Source: Octopus sinensis (lineage: Eukaryota). From it: 64,000 nt of DNA. Both the position numbers and the translations under genes were made by a program. The notes beneath the pieces are model-generated. The model searched no databases and was not told where the DNA came from. It saw only the letters and a program-made list of their open reading frames with translations. The stretch's first letter is position 1. The number at the start of each line of letters is the position of its first letter. The stretch spans positions 11,718,001 to 11,782,000 of the forward strand of contig NC_043006.1 of the NCBI RefSeq assembly GCF_006345805.1, read 5' to 3'. This document shows, in pieces, positions 12,409 to 24,564 of this stretch.

Positions 12409-13482
12409 TATGTATATGTGCATATATACATATATATATATATATGTATATGTATGTATATGGTGACCTGTAATGTGACTCTTGGTAATTCAAAATCCGC
12501 TGTTTTGACTACGGTAATTTGAACCCCCGGTAATTTGACTGCCATTCAATTTCATTCCTGGTAATTTCATTCCCGATATTAGAAAACGATAAAACGTTGA
12601 ATGAAGATAAAATACAGTAAAATGTAAAAGCATTACTAAAAGCTTCAAAAATGATTAAGGTTACGAGCTATTTCTCGTAAAAAATCCATCTTATTTTCGG
12701 GTCTTCATCGCTCAATAAATATCTGAAGCCGTTTGCTTATATCTTTATGCTTTCATTTGGTCTCGCAGATCTCACCTCGATTAAATTCAACCTTTTTCAG
12801 TTATGCAAAGTGTTCTTCCCTTTTCAGTGCAGTAATTAATTTCCATATATTCGGATGTGTGTGCGTTGTGATATTCCTCCAAATGGTTTTTAGTGCGAGG
12901 CACATTCGATTCTGTTCTAAAGCGGACATTCCAACTATCAATGGGAAATAAAGAAGGTATTCGTTGTCTAATTCCTCTACCTCGCGCGCATCCTCTATAC
13001 GATAATTCAAAGTAGGACACCAGTTCTTGCGGAAGATCGTCGTCACCTACAAGATCTTCGATTCTGTTAATCACATCATCGGGAGAAAGAAAAACCAGCG
13101 TTAAAAAACATTTGATTTAATGCTAAACTCATTATCATGATGGTATATTTCCTTAAAACCAAATTCGCATACTTTTCTGTACACATTTTGAAATAGATGA
13201 AAAAGACAACAACGAGATGGAAGCAGTGCGAAACACTGATAAAATGCTATTAATGTGAACTATTTCAAAATCCTTAATAATGTTTCAGGGCTCAGTCCTT
13301 GGCGTAATTCATTTAGCTTATTAATAAGGCAGGTGTAAGTTTCTTGATTTTTGTTTGAAAGTAATGCAAACAATTTCCGAACAGACAATGAACCCACTTG
13401 AATATGAAGCTTGTACAACTGATAAAATACAGTTGGGAAGCACTTAAATGTCCCATCACCTGCCCAGTGTTTTACATTCACT

Positions 13483-13869
13483 GGTGGAAGCTATCCGTCG
13501 GTTACGACGACGAGGGTTCCGGTTGATCCGAATCAACGGAACATCCTGCTCGTGAAATTAACGTGTAAGTGGCTGAGCACTCCACAGACACGTGTACCCT
13601 TAACGTAGTTCTCGGGGAGATTCAGCGTGACACAGGGAGTGACAAGGCCGGCCCTTTGAAGTACAGGTACAACAGAAACAGGAAGTAAGAGTGAGAGAAA
13701 GTTGTGGTAAAAGAGTACAGCAGGGATCACCACCATCCCCTGCCGGAGCCTCGTAGAGCTTTAGGTGTTTTCGCTCAATAAACACTCACAACGCCCGGTC
13801 TTGGAATCGAAACCGCGATCCTATGACCGCGAGTCCGCTGCCCTAACCACTGGGCCATTGCGCCTCCAC
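13483..13869 (-). mobile_element. SINE family C with 12-bp target-site duplication
   Basis: TSD tttacattcact at 13471-13482 and 13870-13881; interrupts the MULE reading frame. Confidence 0.92.
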
Positions 13870-14087
13870 TTTACATTCACTAAGTCATCAGTGAATTACT
13901 AAGTTTATCTGTTGCAAACTCAAGTAATCTGTCTACATCAGTTTCACTACTATCAAACTGCAAGAAAAGTTCGCCACTATCTCATTGACTATCTCCTTCA
14001 ACAACAGTAAGGAATGAGGCAGGGATGGACCACAGGTGAACATGTAAACTTTTTAAATAAAACACCCGATGACTGAAAGGATACTTT

Positions 14088-14478
14088 CCTAGCTTGCTAA
14101 CCAACCACATGGTTCCGGGTTCAGTCCCACTGCGTGGCATCTTGGGCAAGTGTCTTCTGCTATAGCCCCGGGCCAAGGAATACCTTGTGAGTGGATTTGG
14201 TAGACGGAAACAGAAAGAAACCTGTCGTATATTTGTATATATGTATATATATGTGTTTGTGTGTTTGTGTGTCTGTGTTTGTCCCCCCTAGCATTGCTTG
14301 ACAACTGATGCTGTTGTGTTTACGTCCCCGTTACTTAGCGGTTCGGCCTAAGAGACCGATAGAATATGTACTGGGCTTACAAAAGAATAAGTCCCGGGGT
14401 CGATTTGCTCGACTAAAGGCGGTGCTCCAGCATGGCCGCAGTCAAATGACTGAAACAAGTAAAAGAGTAAAAGAGTAC
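14088..14478 (+). mobile_element. SINE family A (5' truncated)
   Basis: Family A body and tail. Confidence 0.85.
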
Positions 14479-14743
14479 CATGTAAATCAACAACAACAAC
14501 AACAACAACAACAAATTTCAATGTTTCATGTACTTATTTTTTTTCTAATATTAAGAGCGAAATTACTAGGATTGAAATTGACTGGCAGCCGAATTACCCG
14601 GAGTCAAATTACCTAGCACCATATAAATATATATGTACACACATACATACATATAAATGCACATGCATATAATTAAACTATGCACCAAGCATACATGAAT
14701 ACTATACACAACTAGTAATAAACAAATAAATATATATACATAG

Positions 14744-14769
<26 letters not shown>

Positions 14770-14774
<5 letters not shown>

Positions 14775-15138
14775 ATATAAACGGCAGTTTGTCTGTGCGT
14801 GTTTCTGTGTGTCTGTTTTCTCGAACCCTCACTCTGACCACGGCTTTTCAAACCGATTCTGATGAAACTTGACACACACATAGCCAATGTCATAATTCAA
14901 AACTAACGCAGCGAAAATTTTGAAAAGTTCCCCCAGTTCTGAAAAAAATCGATAAATTCGACATGGGGTCGAGAATCAGAAACCCAAACCACAGGGGACG
15001 CAACTCCACCTTTTTTAACTAAAAAAAAAATTTACCATAATTTTTTCCATTTTTTGCTATTTTTGGCTATAACTCTCTAAAAATGCTTTATAGTTATTTC
15101 CATTACAAAACCTGAGCAACGCCGGGCGACACTGCTAG
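14770..15138 (+). mobile_element. Non-autonomous Helitron-like element
   Basis: 5' TC, 3' GC-rich gagcaacgccgggcgacactg then CTAG|T; 3' end shared with 35992-36501. Confidence 0.75.
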
Positions 15139-15140
15139 TA

Positions 15141-15184
<44 letters not shown>

Positions 15185-15490
15185 AAATACTAGGGAATAA
15201 ATCCAAACTTACAGGGAAAAATCAGATTTAGGATTGAATCCAATTTTATAGTAAAATATTTATATTATATTAACTTAGAGATAAAACCACTATTAGGCAA
15301 ATCAAACAATGAAAAACTTAAGCCAATACATAAAATTAATTAATTTATATTATATATTATTTTTTTTATTATTTATTTATTTTATATATCATTTTAATAA
15401 TATAATAATAAATAATATAAATTAATTAATTTTATGTATTGGCTTAAGTTTTTCATTGTTTGATTTGCCTAATAGTGGTTTATCTCTAAT
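15185..15490. repeat. Asymmetric fold-back repeat family (also 27255-27610 and 46825-47140)
   Basis: gagataaaaccactattaggcaaatcaaacaatg and its reverse complement flank an AT spacer; shared gtgaaatttgattt...cctgtaagtt extension. Confidence 0.7.
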
Positions 15491-15730
15491 TTATATAATA
15501 TATATATAATATATCTATATATATATATTTATTATATATATATAGTATATTATAGTATTTATAGTAAGGGTGTAATTGTGTGTGTAATTTGAATAAGTAT
15601 GAAACCACGTGCGGTTTATGTTCCCCGTTTTTTTCTGATGGAAGCAGATTGTTAACTTGCTTCCCTTTTAATATGTAAGTATTACATAACAACTTAAGAT
15701 TATATATATCACAGGCGAGCGGTCCATATA

Positions 15731-16303
15731 TTGGGTTGTCCGGAAAGTTCATGCCGATTTATAGTAGCTTACCTTTCGACTTACTTTCGACTTATTTTAG
15801 AATATGGTTGAGTCCATAATATAGGATTTCACTACACCTCCATTTAGAGCACAGTTTAAGCTATCTTTTAGTGGATGAAAGTTTATGTTCCTATAACCTG
15901 TGTTAATTCTGTAACCCTTTAAAATGGAAGATAAGAGAGTTCATTTTCGGCAATTGATGCTTTGGGAACCAGACAAAAATTGGTGCAGCTCGGCTGGGAT
16001 GTGTTACCCCACCCTCTATACTCAACAGATATTGCTCCTTCAGACTTCCACTTATTCAGGTCTCTGCAGAATAGTCTTAATGGTAAACATTTCAATTCCT
16101 TGGATGACGTAAAAAGATACCTTGATGTATTCTTTGCTGTGAAACCACCTTAATTCTAGGAGGAGGGTATTTTCAAGTTAAAGGAAAGATGGCGACGCAT
16201 CGTGCAACAAAATGGTTCATATTTGGTTGATTAAAAATGTAATGGCAAATATTTATTGACCTTTTTCTTTCCTTTAACAATCGGCACGAACTTTCCGGAC
16301 AAC

Positions 16304-16307
<4 letters not shown>
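15731..16307 (+). mobile_element. Internally deleted mariner element
   Basis: TIRs ttgggttgtccggaaagttc / gaactttccggacaacccaa, TA flanks, C-terminal LPHPLYSTDIAPSDFHLFRSLQN. Confidence 0.92.
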
Positions 16308-16393
<86 letters not shown>

Positions 16394-17641
16394 TCATATA
16401 TGTACATGAATGAATGTATGTATGTATGTATGTATGTATGTATGTATGTATGAAGCAATTAGAAGCAAATTCTTCTTTGGTGTTATATCGTTGCATACAA
16501 AAACATAATTGGAAGTGTATAAGTTAAATATATTGAATATATGCAAAAAAATAATGTGAATTACTGAAGAAATCTATTAAAAGCATTGTTAAATAGTAAT
16601 TTAGTTGATGAATATATAAAAAAAAATTGCTGAGTTGCAAGAATATTATTTGCACAAACGATGCTTTAATTTACAATTATATTAATATTTGCTCTTCAAG
16701 AGCACACGTGTGAATTAGTGATGTCGCATTAGGAAAAAAAATACTACAAGAAAAGATTAGATTTATTCACAAATCAATCAATAATTAATCACATATTTTT
16801 ATGTTCAATCAACTTCAGTCTATTGACTGTTAATTCGACTCAACTCTGAAAAATGATGTCTGATTGCCGATTTGATCATTCCATATTTTAGAGAAACCAT
16901 CAGCCAGATGATGATTATATAGTAGTTTCCGTATATTAAATAGTCATTTGATTGTATACCATAGTTTCTCAATGAGGTTCAGGTCTGGTGAATTTGAAGC
17001 TATATTATTAACTTACTTTTGTTTTCTTTAAAGTAACTCTTTATTTTCTTTGATGTATGCCGTGAAACATAATTGATCGAAATCATCTTTTCCCTACAAA
17101 TCTATAATCTCTCATATGATTTCATAGGCAAATCATCAAATGTTGAGATGTAATCATAAAATTTGTAAATATCCTTATATGATTCTTTATTGACCTTCTA
17201 ATTTTCTCTTTTTATCTTTGGCAAATAACTTTGCTCTTATTTGATCATACGACATTTTAGCAGTTTCTAGTTGTGTACAGCCTATATTTAGATGTCAATC
17301 TAAGAATGTTATGTGTCTATTGATTTTCGGTGTCGCTTACTTTTAAACTGCTTACCGAGATAGGAAACCTTGATTTATAGATGTGTACCTATAATATATA
17401 AGAATATTAACAACAAATGACCAATTTGAGTCAAAGCTCAGTTTTATGCTTGTCCAATCACTTCTCTTGTATATCCATTTCATAAACTAATTCTGATTCG
17501 TTTGGCTACTTGTATTTATAATAATCTTCTTTCAAAAATGTTAATCTAACAAGTTTGCTTTGCTATTTAGCTCTCAGATTGTAACAAGAAGCCTCAAGAC
17601 ATTTTCCCTCGACTCCCTAATGTTCTACAAATCCATATATA

Positions 17642-17672
<31 letters not shown>

Positions 17673-17714
17673 ATATACTTACGTATAGGACCAAAAGGGG
17701 TACGTCGTCGCTTA

Positions 17715-17955
17715 ATATATATGTAAATGTAAAAAAAATACAAACTAGGACAAGAACGTGAAACTTTAGAAGACGATACAAAAAACACGGACGGGACATT
17801 CGAAGCCTTCAATCTTCAAGATTAATCAGCCGAAATTGCGAAGATGATCCGGTTCTTGACTGAAGATTGAAGGCTACGAATGTCCCGTCCGTGTTTTTGT
17901 ATCGTCTTCTAAATGTTTCACGTTCTTGTCCCAGTTTGTATTTTTTTACATTTAC
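17715..17955. repeat. Fold-back palindrome of a repeat family also seen at 50868-51340
   Basis: Arms ~17721-17817 and ~17860-17955 are reverse complements. Confidence 0.8.
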
Positions 17956-17970
17956 ACACACACACACACA

Positions 17971-18038
<68 letters not shown>

Positions 18039-18725
18039 GAGTATTATCTATGTGTGTGTGTGAGTGTGTGTGCATGTGAGCGTGTGTGTGTGAGTATGTT
18101 TTTAAATGTCTGTACGCATATTACACTCCTAGAATTTTCAATATATCCTTGAAAACATCTTGCAGTTTTTTCTAAAGGTGATGCATTACTAAGTCACATT
18201 AGACTATGTTAGAACGAGTGAAGTGATTGAGAACATCGTATATGCTATGTTATGAATGCCTATATACACTAAATATGGTATCAAACAATTTCTTTATGCG
18301 TTCAATGAAACTTAACCTATTTATTCACCGATCTATTTAAAACAGGGTCATTCTAAGTCAATTTTAAGGTGACGATTAAATTGCTTCTAAAGAAGAGATA
18401 TAGAAAGATAAAAAAAAAATTGTTATTTCCAAATTACAGATTTAATTCCCCATTTCATATCTAACTCTAAAATATAGAGAAATTTTTGTTTGATATACGT
18501 TTCTCATTGAACGTTGATATATATACATATTTATATATCAGGAAAATAGTATTTTGTGAAAAGAGCAAAATCTAAATAACAAAATAGAAATTTTATTAAG
18601 GACCAATGCATCCGAAGATAGAGAAACTTGTCAGTAAATTATTAAGAACCCAAGGATTTCCAAAACTCACATTAAAATTTATTAAATAAAATGATGAGCC
18701 AAGAAAAAACAAAATAAAATATGCA

Positions 18726-18772
<47 letters not shown>

Positions 18773-20099
18773 CTTCAGTCTCTCATGCGTACATTATCCA
18801 GTTAGGCCATGAAATTTACCGACTATAACGTTATAAACACGTTCCAATCTTAGTTTTACTGTTTTTAGGTTTGCTACAAACCCACTAATAAATGATGCAC
18901 AACGACACATCTTTCTCCAAATCATTTTTGCTCTTATACTGACATCATCGTCGTCGTTGTCATAATCGTATAAATAATGTCAGAACAGACATAAACATCT
19001 GTAAGTTTACGATGTTCCGGCTCCCCCCCTTCCATCTCCTCTCGTGACATAGCTTAATTCAGTTAATATACTACATAGTCAATTATCTTTAATTTTATTT
19101 CATCAACAGATAGCTGTGTGTAATGTTTATTTCAATCACATTTGGAAGTTGCTAAAACATTATATCTTAGTGGTGATATTAAATTTCAGGAAATTGTGCA
19201 ATTAACACCAATGAATGTCTAAATAAAACAAAATATTTCATAAAAATGATTTTATGAATAAACGAAACAAAATGTTATACATTATATGGTTGGATTTCAG
19301 TATGCATTAAATAACGCACATTGGAGCTTGCTAAAACTTCCTCTGCATAAGTTACAACCAAAGCAAGAGAAATACACAGAAATATGCAGAAAAATGTTTC
19401 CAATACGCATTAAACTTTCAAATTTATTAATAACATAATCGGTTATTGGGTAAAGAATCACATTTGGTGGAATTCCGGTTTAAGCACCCCATTATAATCC
19501 CGCATAGAATTTTTTTTGTTTTTTTTTTTGGGATTTTCAGTAAATTTTAGTGAATTTGTGTCCTACACATGGGAATTTAATCGATTTGGAAAAAAATTAA
19601 AAACAAAATATTTAACTCCTATTCGCTACCCATAAATCGGTAAAGTTCCACTCTTTTACGATATTTAAAAAAATCAGAGTTTAGTTAAAAATACGGACAG
19701 GCCGAATTCTTTGCTTAAATCCCAGCAATGGGTCGCTTTTGGGTACATTGTCATTCCATATATGTGTTTTTAATGTGAAAATTATTGAAACACATCAATA
19801 CATACCAAGCGAGGAAGGTCTCAGGTGATCTTGAGATGTACTAAAAATAATAGCCAAATCGCTCTTAAATCATACAAGCACAAACAAATGTTTTTTACGT
19901 AATCGTGTGAATTCCAGTGTGTAGATTTGTAAATATTTTCTGATAATTCCAAAAAAGAAAAAAAACAAAACAAAACACATTATGAGGAGTTATTTGGAGT
20001 GGGTAAATCGCCACACATTTAAATGACTTAATAAAAAATAAAGTTGTTATCAGTTAAAAATTAGTTTATAAAGTGTGTTGAATAGGATAAAATAATAAT

Positions 20100-20317
20100 C
20101 CTCTTTTACTCTTTTACTCTTTTACTTGTTTCAGTCATTTGAGTGCGGCCATGCTGGAGCATCGCCTTTAGTCGAGCAAATCGACCGCGGGACTTATTCT
20201 TTGTAAGCCCAGTACTTATTCTATCGGTCTCTTTTGCCGAACCGCTAAGTAACGGGGACGTAAACACACCAGCATCGGTTGTCAAGCAATGCTAGGGGGA
20301 CAAACATAGACACACAA

Positions 20318-20362
<45 letters not shown>

Positions 20363-20547
20363 CGACAGGCTTCTTTCAGTTTCCGTCTACCAAATCCACT
20401 CTCAAGGCATTGGTCGGCCCGGGGCTATAGCAGAAGACACTTGCCCAAGATGCCACGCAGTGTGTCTGAACCCGGAACCATGTGGTTGATTAGCAAGCTA
20501 CTTACCACACAGCCACTCCTGCAAGCTACTTACCACACAGCCACTCC
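20100..20547 (-). mobile_element. SINE family A
   Basis: Full body; local duplication of gcaagctacttaccacacagccactcc at the head. Confidence 0.88.
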
Positions 20548-20599
20548 AACATGTACTATTTTATCGAATATTATCTTCTGTTGTTCTTTTATTTTTCAT

Positions 20600-20809
20600 T
20601 TATTTCGTTTCAGTCATTTGACTGCGCCCATGCTGTAGCACCGCCGTTAGTCAAACAAATCGACACCACGACTTATTCTTTTGTTACCCTAGTACTTATT
20701 CTATCGTTTTCTTTTGCCGATCAACTAGGTTACGGGTACGTAAGCGATGATGGGTGGAGAGACAAACATGGACACACAAACATATACATACATGGATATA
20801 CATACATGG

Positions 20810-20853
<44 letters not shown>

Positions 20854-21012
20854 CGGAAGGCTTTTTTCAGTTTCCGTCTACCAAATCCACTCACAAGGCT
20901 TTGGTCGACCCGAGGCTATAGTAGAAGACACTTGCCCAAAGTGCCATGCAGTGGGACTGAACCCGGAACCATGTGGTTGGTAAGCAAGCTACTTAGCACC
21001 CACCCACTCCTT
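20600..21012 (-). mobile_element. SINE family A
   Basis: Tandem second copy, ending ~70 nt from the KCNH donor at 21080. Confidence 0.85.
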
Positions 21013-21079
21013 CTATGTATCTAATTAATAAACGGTACAAGAGACAAGAGAATACCAGGAATTGTAGTTGAATACTTAC

Positions 21080-21273
21080 CTTCTCTAAATCAAAAGTTAA
21101 CTGAAATTTTAATAAGAAATCTCCTGCAAATTCTGGATAAGTTCTAAGGATTTCTTTAAGTTCTGCAATATCGATTTTATTGATATCACAATAAGAAAGC
21201 GGACGAACTGTATATAAAGCTTTTCCTTCTGGTCCTTTATCTCTAATGTCGCCACCAAAAATATCGTGTTTAC
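21080..21273 (-). CDS. KCNH2-like (erg): ERG/KCNH channel internal exon: CNBHD second half (G-KHDIFGG...LSYCD...YPEF...LTFDLEK)
   Basis: Acceptor attccag|GT, donor AAG|gtaagt, 194 nt, phase 1 to 0. Matches hERG GKNDIFGE...RALTYCDL...YPEF...ITFNLRD, including an F-x-L intrinsic-ligand motif. Confidence 0.96.
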
Positions 21274-21412
21274 CTGGAATATTAATGAAGAGATTCATAA
21301 AATATCAGCCATCTTGTATTGTAATGTTATGAGGAAACTTTTTCGAAAAATATAAGTGTGAAACATCTAATTTAAAAATCAACAGCCATTGTTAAAAATT
21401 GTATTTATTTAG

Positions 21413-21585
21413 GGATCAAGTCGATTGCATCGACCCCAGTGCGAAACTGGTACTTAATTTATCGACCCCGAAAGGATGAAAGGCAAAGTCGACCTCGGCG
21501 GAATTTGAACTCAGAACGTAACGACAGACGAAATACTACCAAGCATTTCGCCCGGCGCGCTAACGTTTCTGCCAGCTCACCGCAT
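21413..21585 (-). mobile_element. SINE family B inside the 392-bp KCNH intron
   Basis: Family B head and core. Confidence 0.85.
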
Positions 21586-21665
21586 TTCTGTATTATAATA
21601 ATACACAACGAAAGGTACACAACGTAAAAATCAATGTATATTTACCGGAGGAAGTTCATACGTAC

Positions 21666-21818
21666 CTAAAATTGCCATGACTATATCATCTTTAGATATT
21701 TCTATAGAGCCCGACGCAATAAAATATATGGAGTGTAGTATATCACCTGGGTGTATTAATGTGTCCCCCGGAGGGGCATGCGTCGATCTGAATTTCATAG
21801 ATAAAACACGTAGGCAAC
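21666..21818 (-). CDS. KCNH2-like (erg): ERG/KCNH channel internal exon: CNBHD first half ([52 protein letters not shown])
   Basis: Acceptor ttattattgcag|GT, donor TTAG|gtacg, 153 nt, phase 1 to 1. Matches h[29 protein letters not shown]...YFISRGSIEI...VVAILG. Confidence 0.97.
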
Positions 21819-21835
21819 CTGCAATAATAACAATG

Positions 21836-21872
<37 letters not shown>

Positions 21873-21893
21873 TAATAATAATAATAATGATAC

Positions 21894-21944
<51 letters not shown>

Positions 21945-21981
21945 TAATAATAATAATAATGTTAATAATAATAATCATAAT

Positions 21982-22210
21982 GGGACCTTTTGAGCGGGAT
22001 GGGCAACTCAACCTGAAGAAAATTCTAACTGGGCCCCAACTGCAAGGTCATGTGCTGTTTATCTTGATATGAGATCACCATGTCGCGCACACATGGTTGT
22101 GATGCATGTGTCTGGTGTACCCTTATCAGACGGGTAGTCATGATGGGTATATTGGGCTTCGTATATTTTACCCCAGTGTCACTTTGATGGCATGAACTGC
22201 TCTCTCACTC
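21982..22210 (+). mobile_element. 3' end of non-LTR family X embedded in (AAT)n
   Basis: Near-identical to 7132-7360; (AAT)n on both sides. Confidence 0.75.
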
Positions 22211-22459
22211 AATAATAATAATAATAATAATAATAATATAACAACAATAGTAATAATAATAATAAAAATAACAACAATAATAATAATAATAACAACAACA
22301 ACAACAACAAGAACAATAATAATAATAATAATGATAATGTTAATAATAATAATAATAATAACAATAATGACAATAATATAATAATAATAATAATGATAAT
22401 AATAATGATAATAACAATAATAATATAATGATAATGGTGATGATGATGATGACAATGAA

Positions 22460-22498
<39 letters not shown>

Positions 22499-22509
22499 AA
22501 TAATGATTT

Positions 22510-22720
22510 CAGATTTTGGTACAAGGCCAGCAATTTCGGGGGAAGAGTAAGTCGATTACATCGACACCAGTGTTCATTTGGTACTTATTCTATCGATCCC
22601 GAAAGGATGAAAGGCAAAGTCGACCACGGAGGAATTTGAACTCGGAAATTTAAGACGGATGAAATGCCGCTAAGCGTACCGCCCGGCCTGCTAACGATTC
22701 TGTCAAGCGCCACCTTCAGT
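22510..22720 (-). mobile_element. SINE family B variant
   Basis: gtcgac...ggaatttgaactc core; tail ttttggtacaaggccagcaatttc. Confidence 0.75.
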
Positions 22721-23058
22721 AATATTAGCAACAGCAACATCACCAACAATACTGATAATGATAATGATGATGATGTAGCATTCACAGTAATTATTAAGTT
22801 CTAAATAGTATTTAGTACATTATTTATTACAATATAAAATATCCAATGAAACTCATACAAATGCAAGCACAAAACATTCTCACGAACACTCACACACATA
22901 AATAGCTGTATGATGTAAGGCGTATGCAATTCGAAATGCGTAGTTATATTTTTTCTCTCTAACTTCAGCTCAGAACTACGGCCATGCTGATGCACCGCCG
23001 TTTGATAAATATGAATTGGTACGCACGCTATATATATATATATATATTATATATAGTA

Positions 23059-23091
<33 letters not shown>

Positions 23092-23456
23092 AATATACAC
23101 ATATATATATTAAATAAATATATAAATACACACACATATATGTATATATATATATATATATATATGAATGCATTTATTTATTTATTTAATATATATATAT
23201 ATGTATATATATTATATATATATATATATTATATATACTTAATATATAATAAATATATACATATATATATTTAAATAAATAAGTAAATACATATAATATA
23301 TATATATATAGTAGTTGTATACTGTCAACTTAATGTGACAGTCCCATGAAGGGAATCACACCGCTGCAATTTAGCCCTAGGAAGCATCAATGCTTCCTGT
23401 CGGCCTTGACACATTTCTGTGTTCTTGTGTTTACAAGGGAGAGACAAGCACCCCAC

Positions 23457-23534
23457 CCAGCTAAGCCTGCATCCAGAGACTAGTTTCTGAGTCTTGCTCG
23501 TCATCAGTCTGGATTGGCATGGCCTGCTAGCTGG
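23457..23534 (-). ncRNA. Minimal type I hammerhead ribozyme motif, canonical core
   Basis: Minus: ccagcta..atccaga-CTGATGA-cGAG/caaga/CTCa-GAAA-CTAG-TC-tctggat..tagctgg. 7-bp helix I plus a second 7-bp extension, palindromic ACTAGT helix III, GUC triplet. Confidence 0.72.
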
Positions 23535-24194
23535 ATATTAGAGTTAAATATAAAACATCTAGTTCACCTGCAAAAATTCACATGCTTAATGCATACCCAC
23601 GTATAATGTTGCGTAACCTGTGGGATAGGCTATACCGGATGAACAGAATGAAAATAAAAATCAAGCAGTGATATTTCAAATACTCATTTCTTCTACAGCT
23701 GTTTCAATGTTAATTATTCTTCCGCAGGAACAAATACAATTAAGGAATTACAATTATTTGTAATTTTATTTATAAAGCCTGTATGACTCACAGTGATAAT
23801 TACTATAAATCTGAATAATATGGAAAGGGATGTCATCAATGTGGATATATTCAAATTCATAACACCACTGATGAGGTGTTTCTTACGTGGACGATGATTA
23901 TAATTATGTATAATCATAATTACCTAATTGTATTTTTTGCTGTCACATTACGGCGCAGTTATTGTAACAAGCTGTCGGAAAAACGGATATTTCACACACA
24001 CACAATAAATATATGTATGAGTAAGTGTGTGTGTGCGTATGTTTGTGTGTATGTGTGTGTGTAGTATTATATGAGAACTAAAATATATCAAAATATGATT
24101 TGTATAGAGCAACCATTATTTAATAGCTCAAGTGAACAGCCTCGTTTAAGCGAAACTCAGAGTAGAATGTCATCTTCGATATGCATGTATATGC

Positions 24195-24243
<49 letters not shown>

Positions 24244-24379
24244 CACACACATATATATCTCTGTGTGTATATATGTATGTATATATATATATATATATTT
24301 ATCTATATATAGATAATATATATACATATATATATTATTCATATATATATATATATATATATATGAATAAGAACAACAG

Positions 24380-24410
24380 TAATCCGAGCAACGCCAGGTC
24401 ATCCAGCTAG
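24380..24410 (+). mobile_element. Helitron-like 3' end
   Basis: aatccgagcaacgccaggtcatccagCTAG|T. Confidence 0.55.
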
Positions 24411-24532
24411 TATACATATATATATATGAAAGAAGGTTTGAAAGTGCAATTTTAAAATTATTTTACAATTGCATTTTCAAACCTTCTTTCATATATAATT
24501 CCACTTGTGTGGTACCTTACAACTCCACTTTG

Positions 24533-24563
<31 letters not shown>

Positions 24564-24564
<1 letters not shown>

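Larger units (their letters stand above)
12462..14620 (-). mobile_element. Decayed Mutator-like (MULE) DNA transposon with two SINE insertions
   Basis: Imperfect long TIRs with repeated ggtaatt(t) motifs at both ends. Minus fragments WAGDGTFKCFPTVFYQLYKLH...LFALLSNKNQETY (13260-13481) and LFPIDSWNV...PRTKNHLEEYHN / HPNIWKLITALKREE (12787-13074) are characteristic of MULE transposases. Confidence 0.85.
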
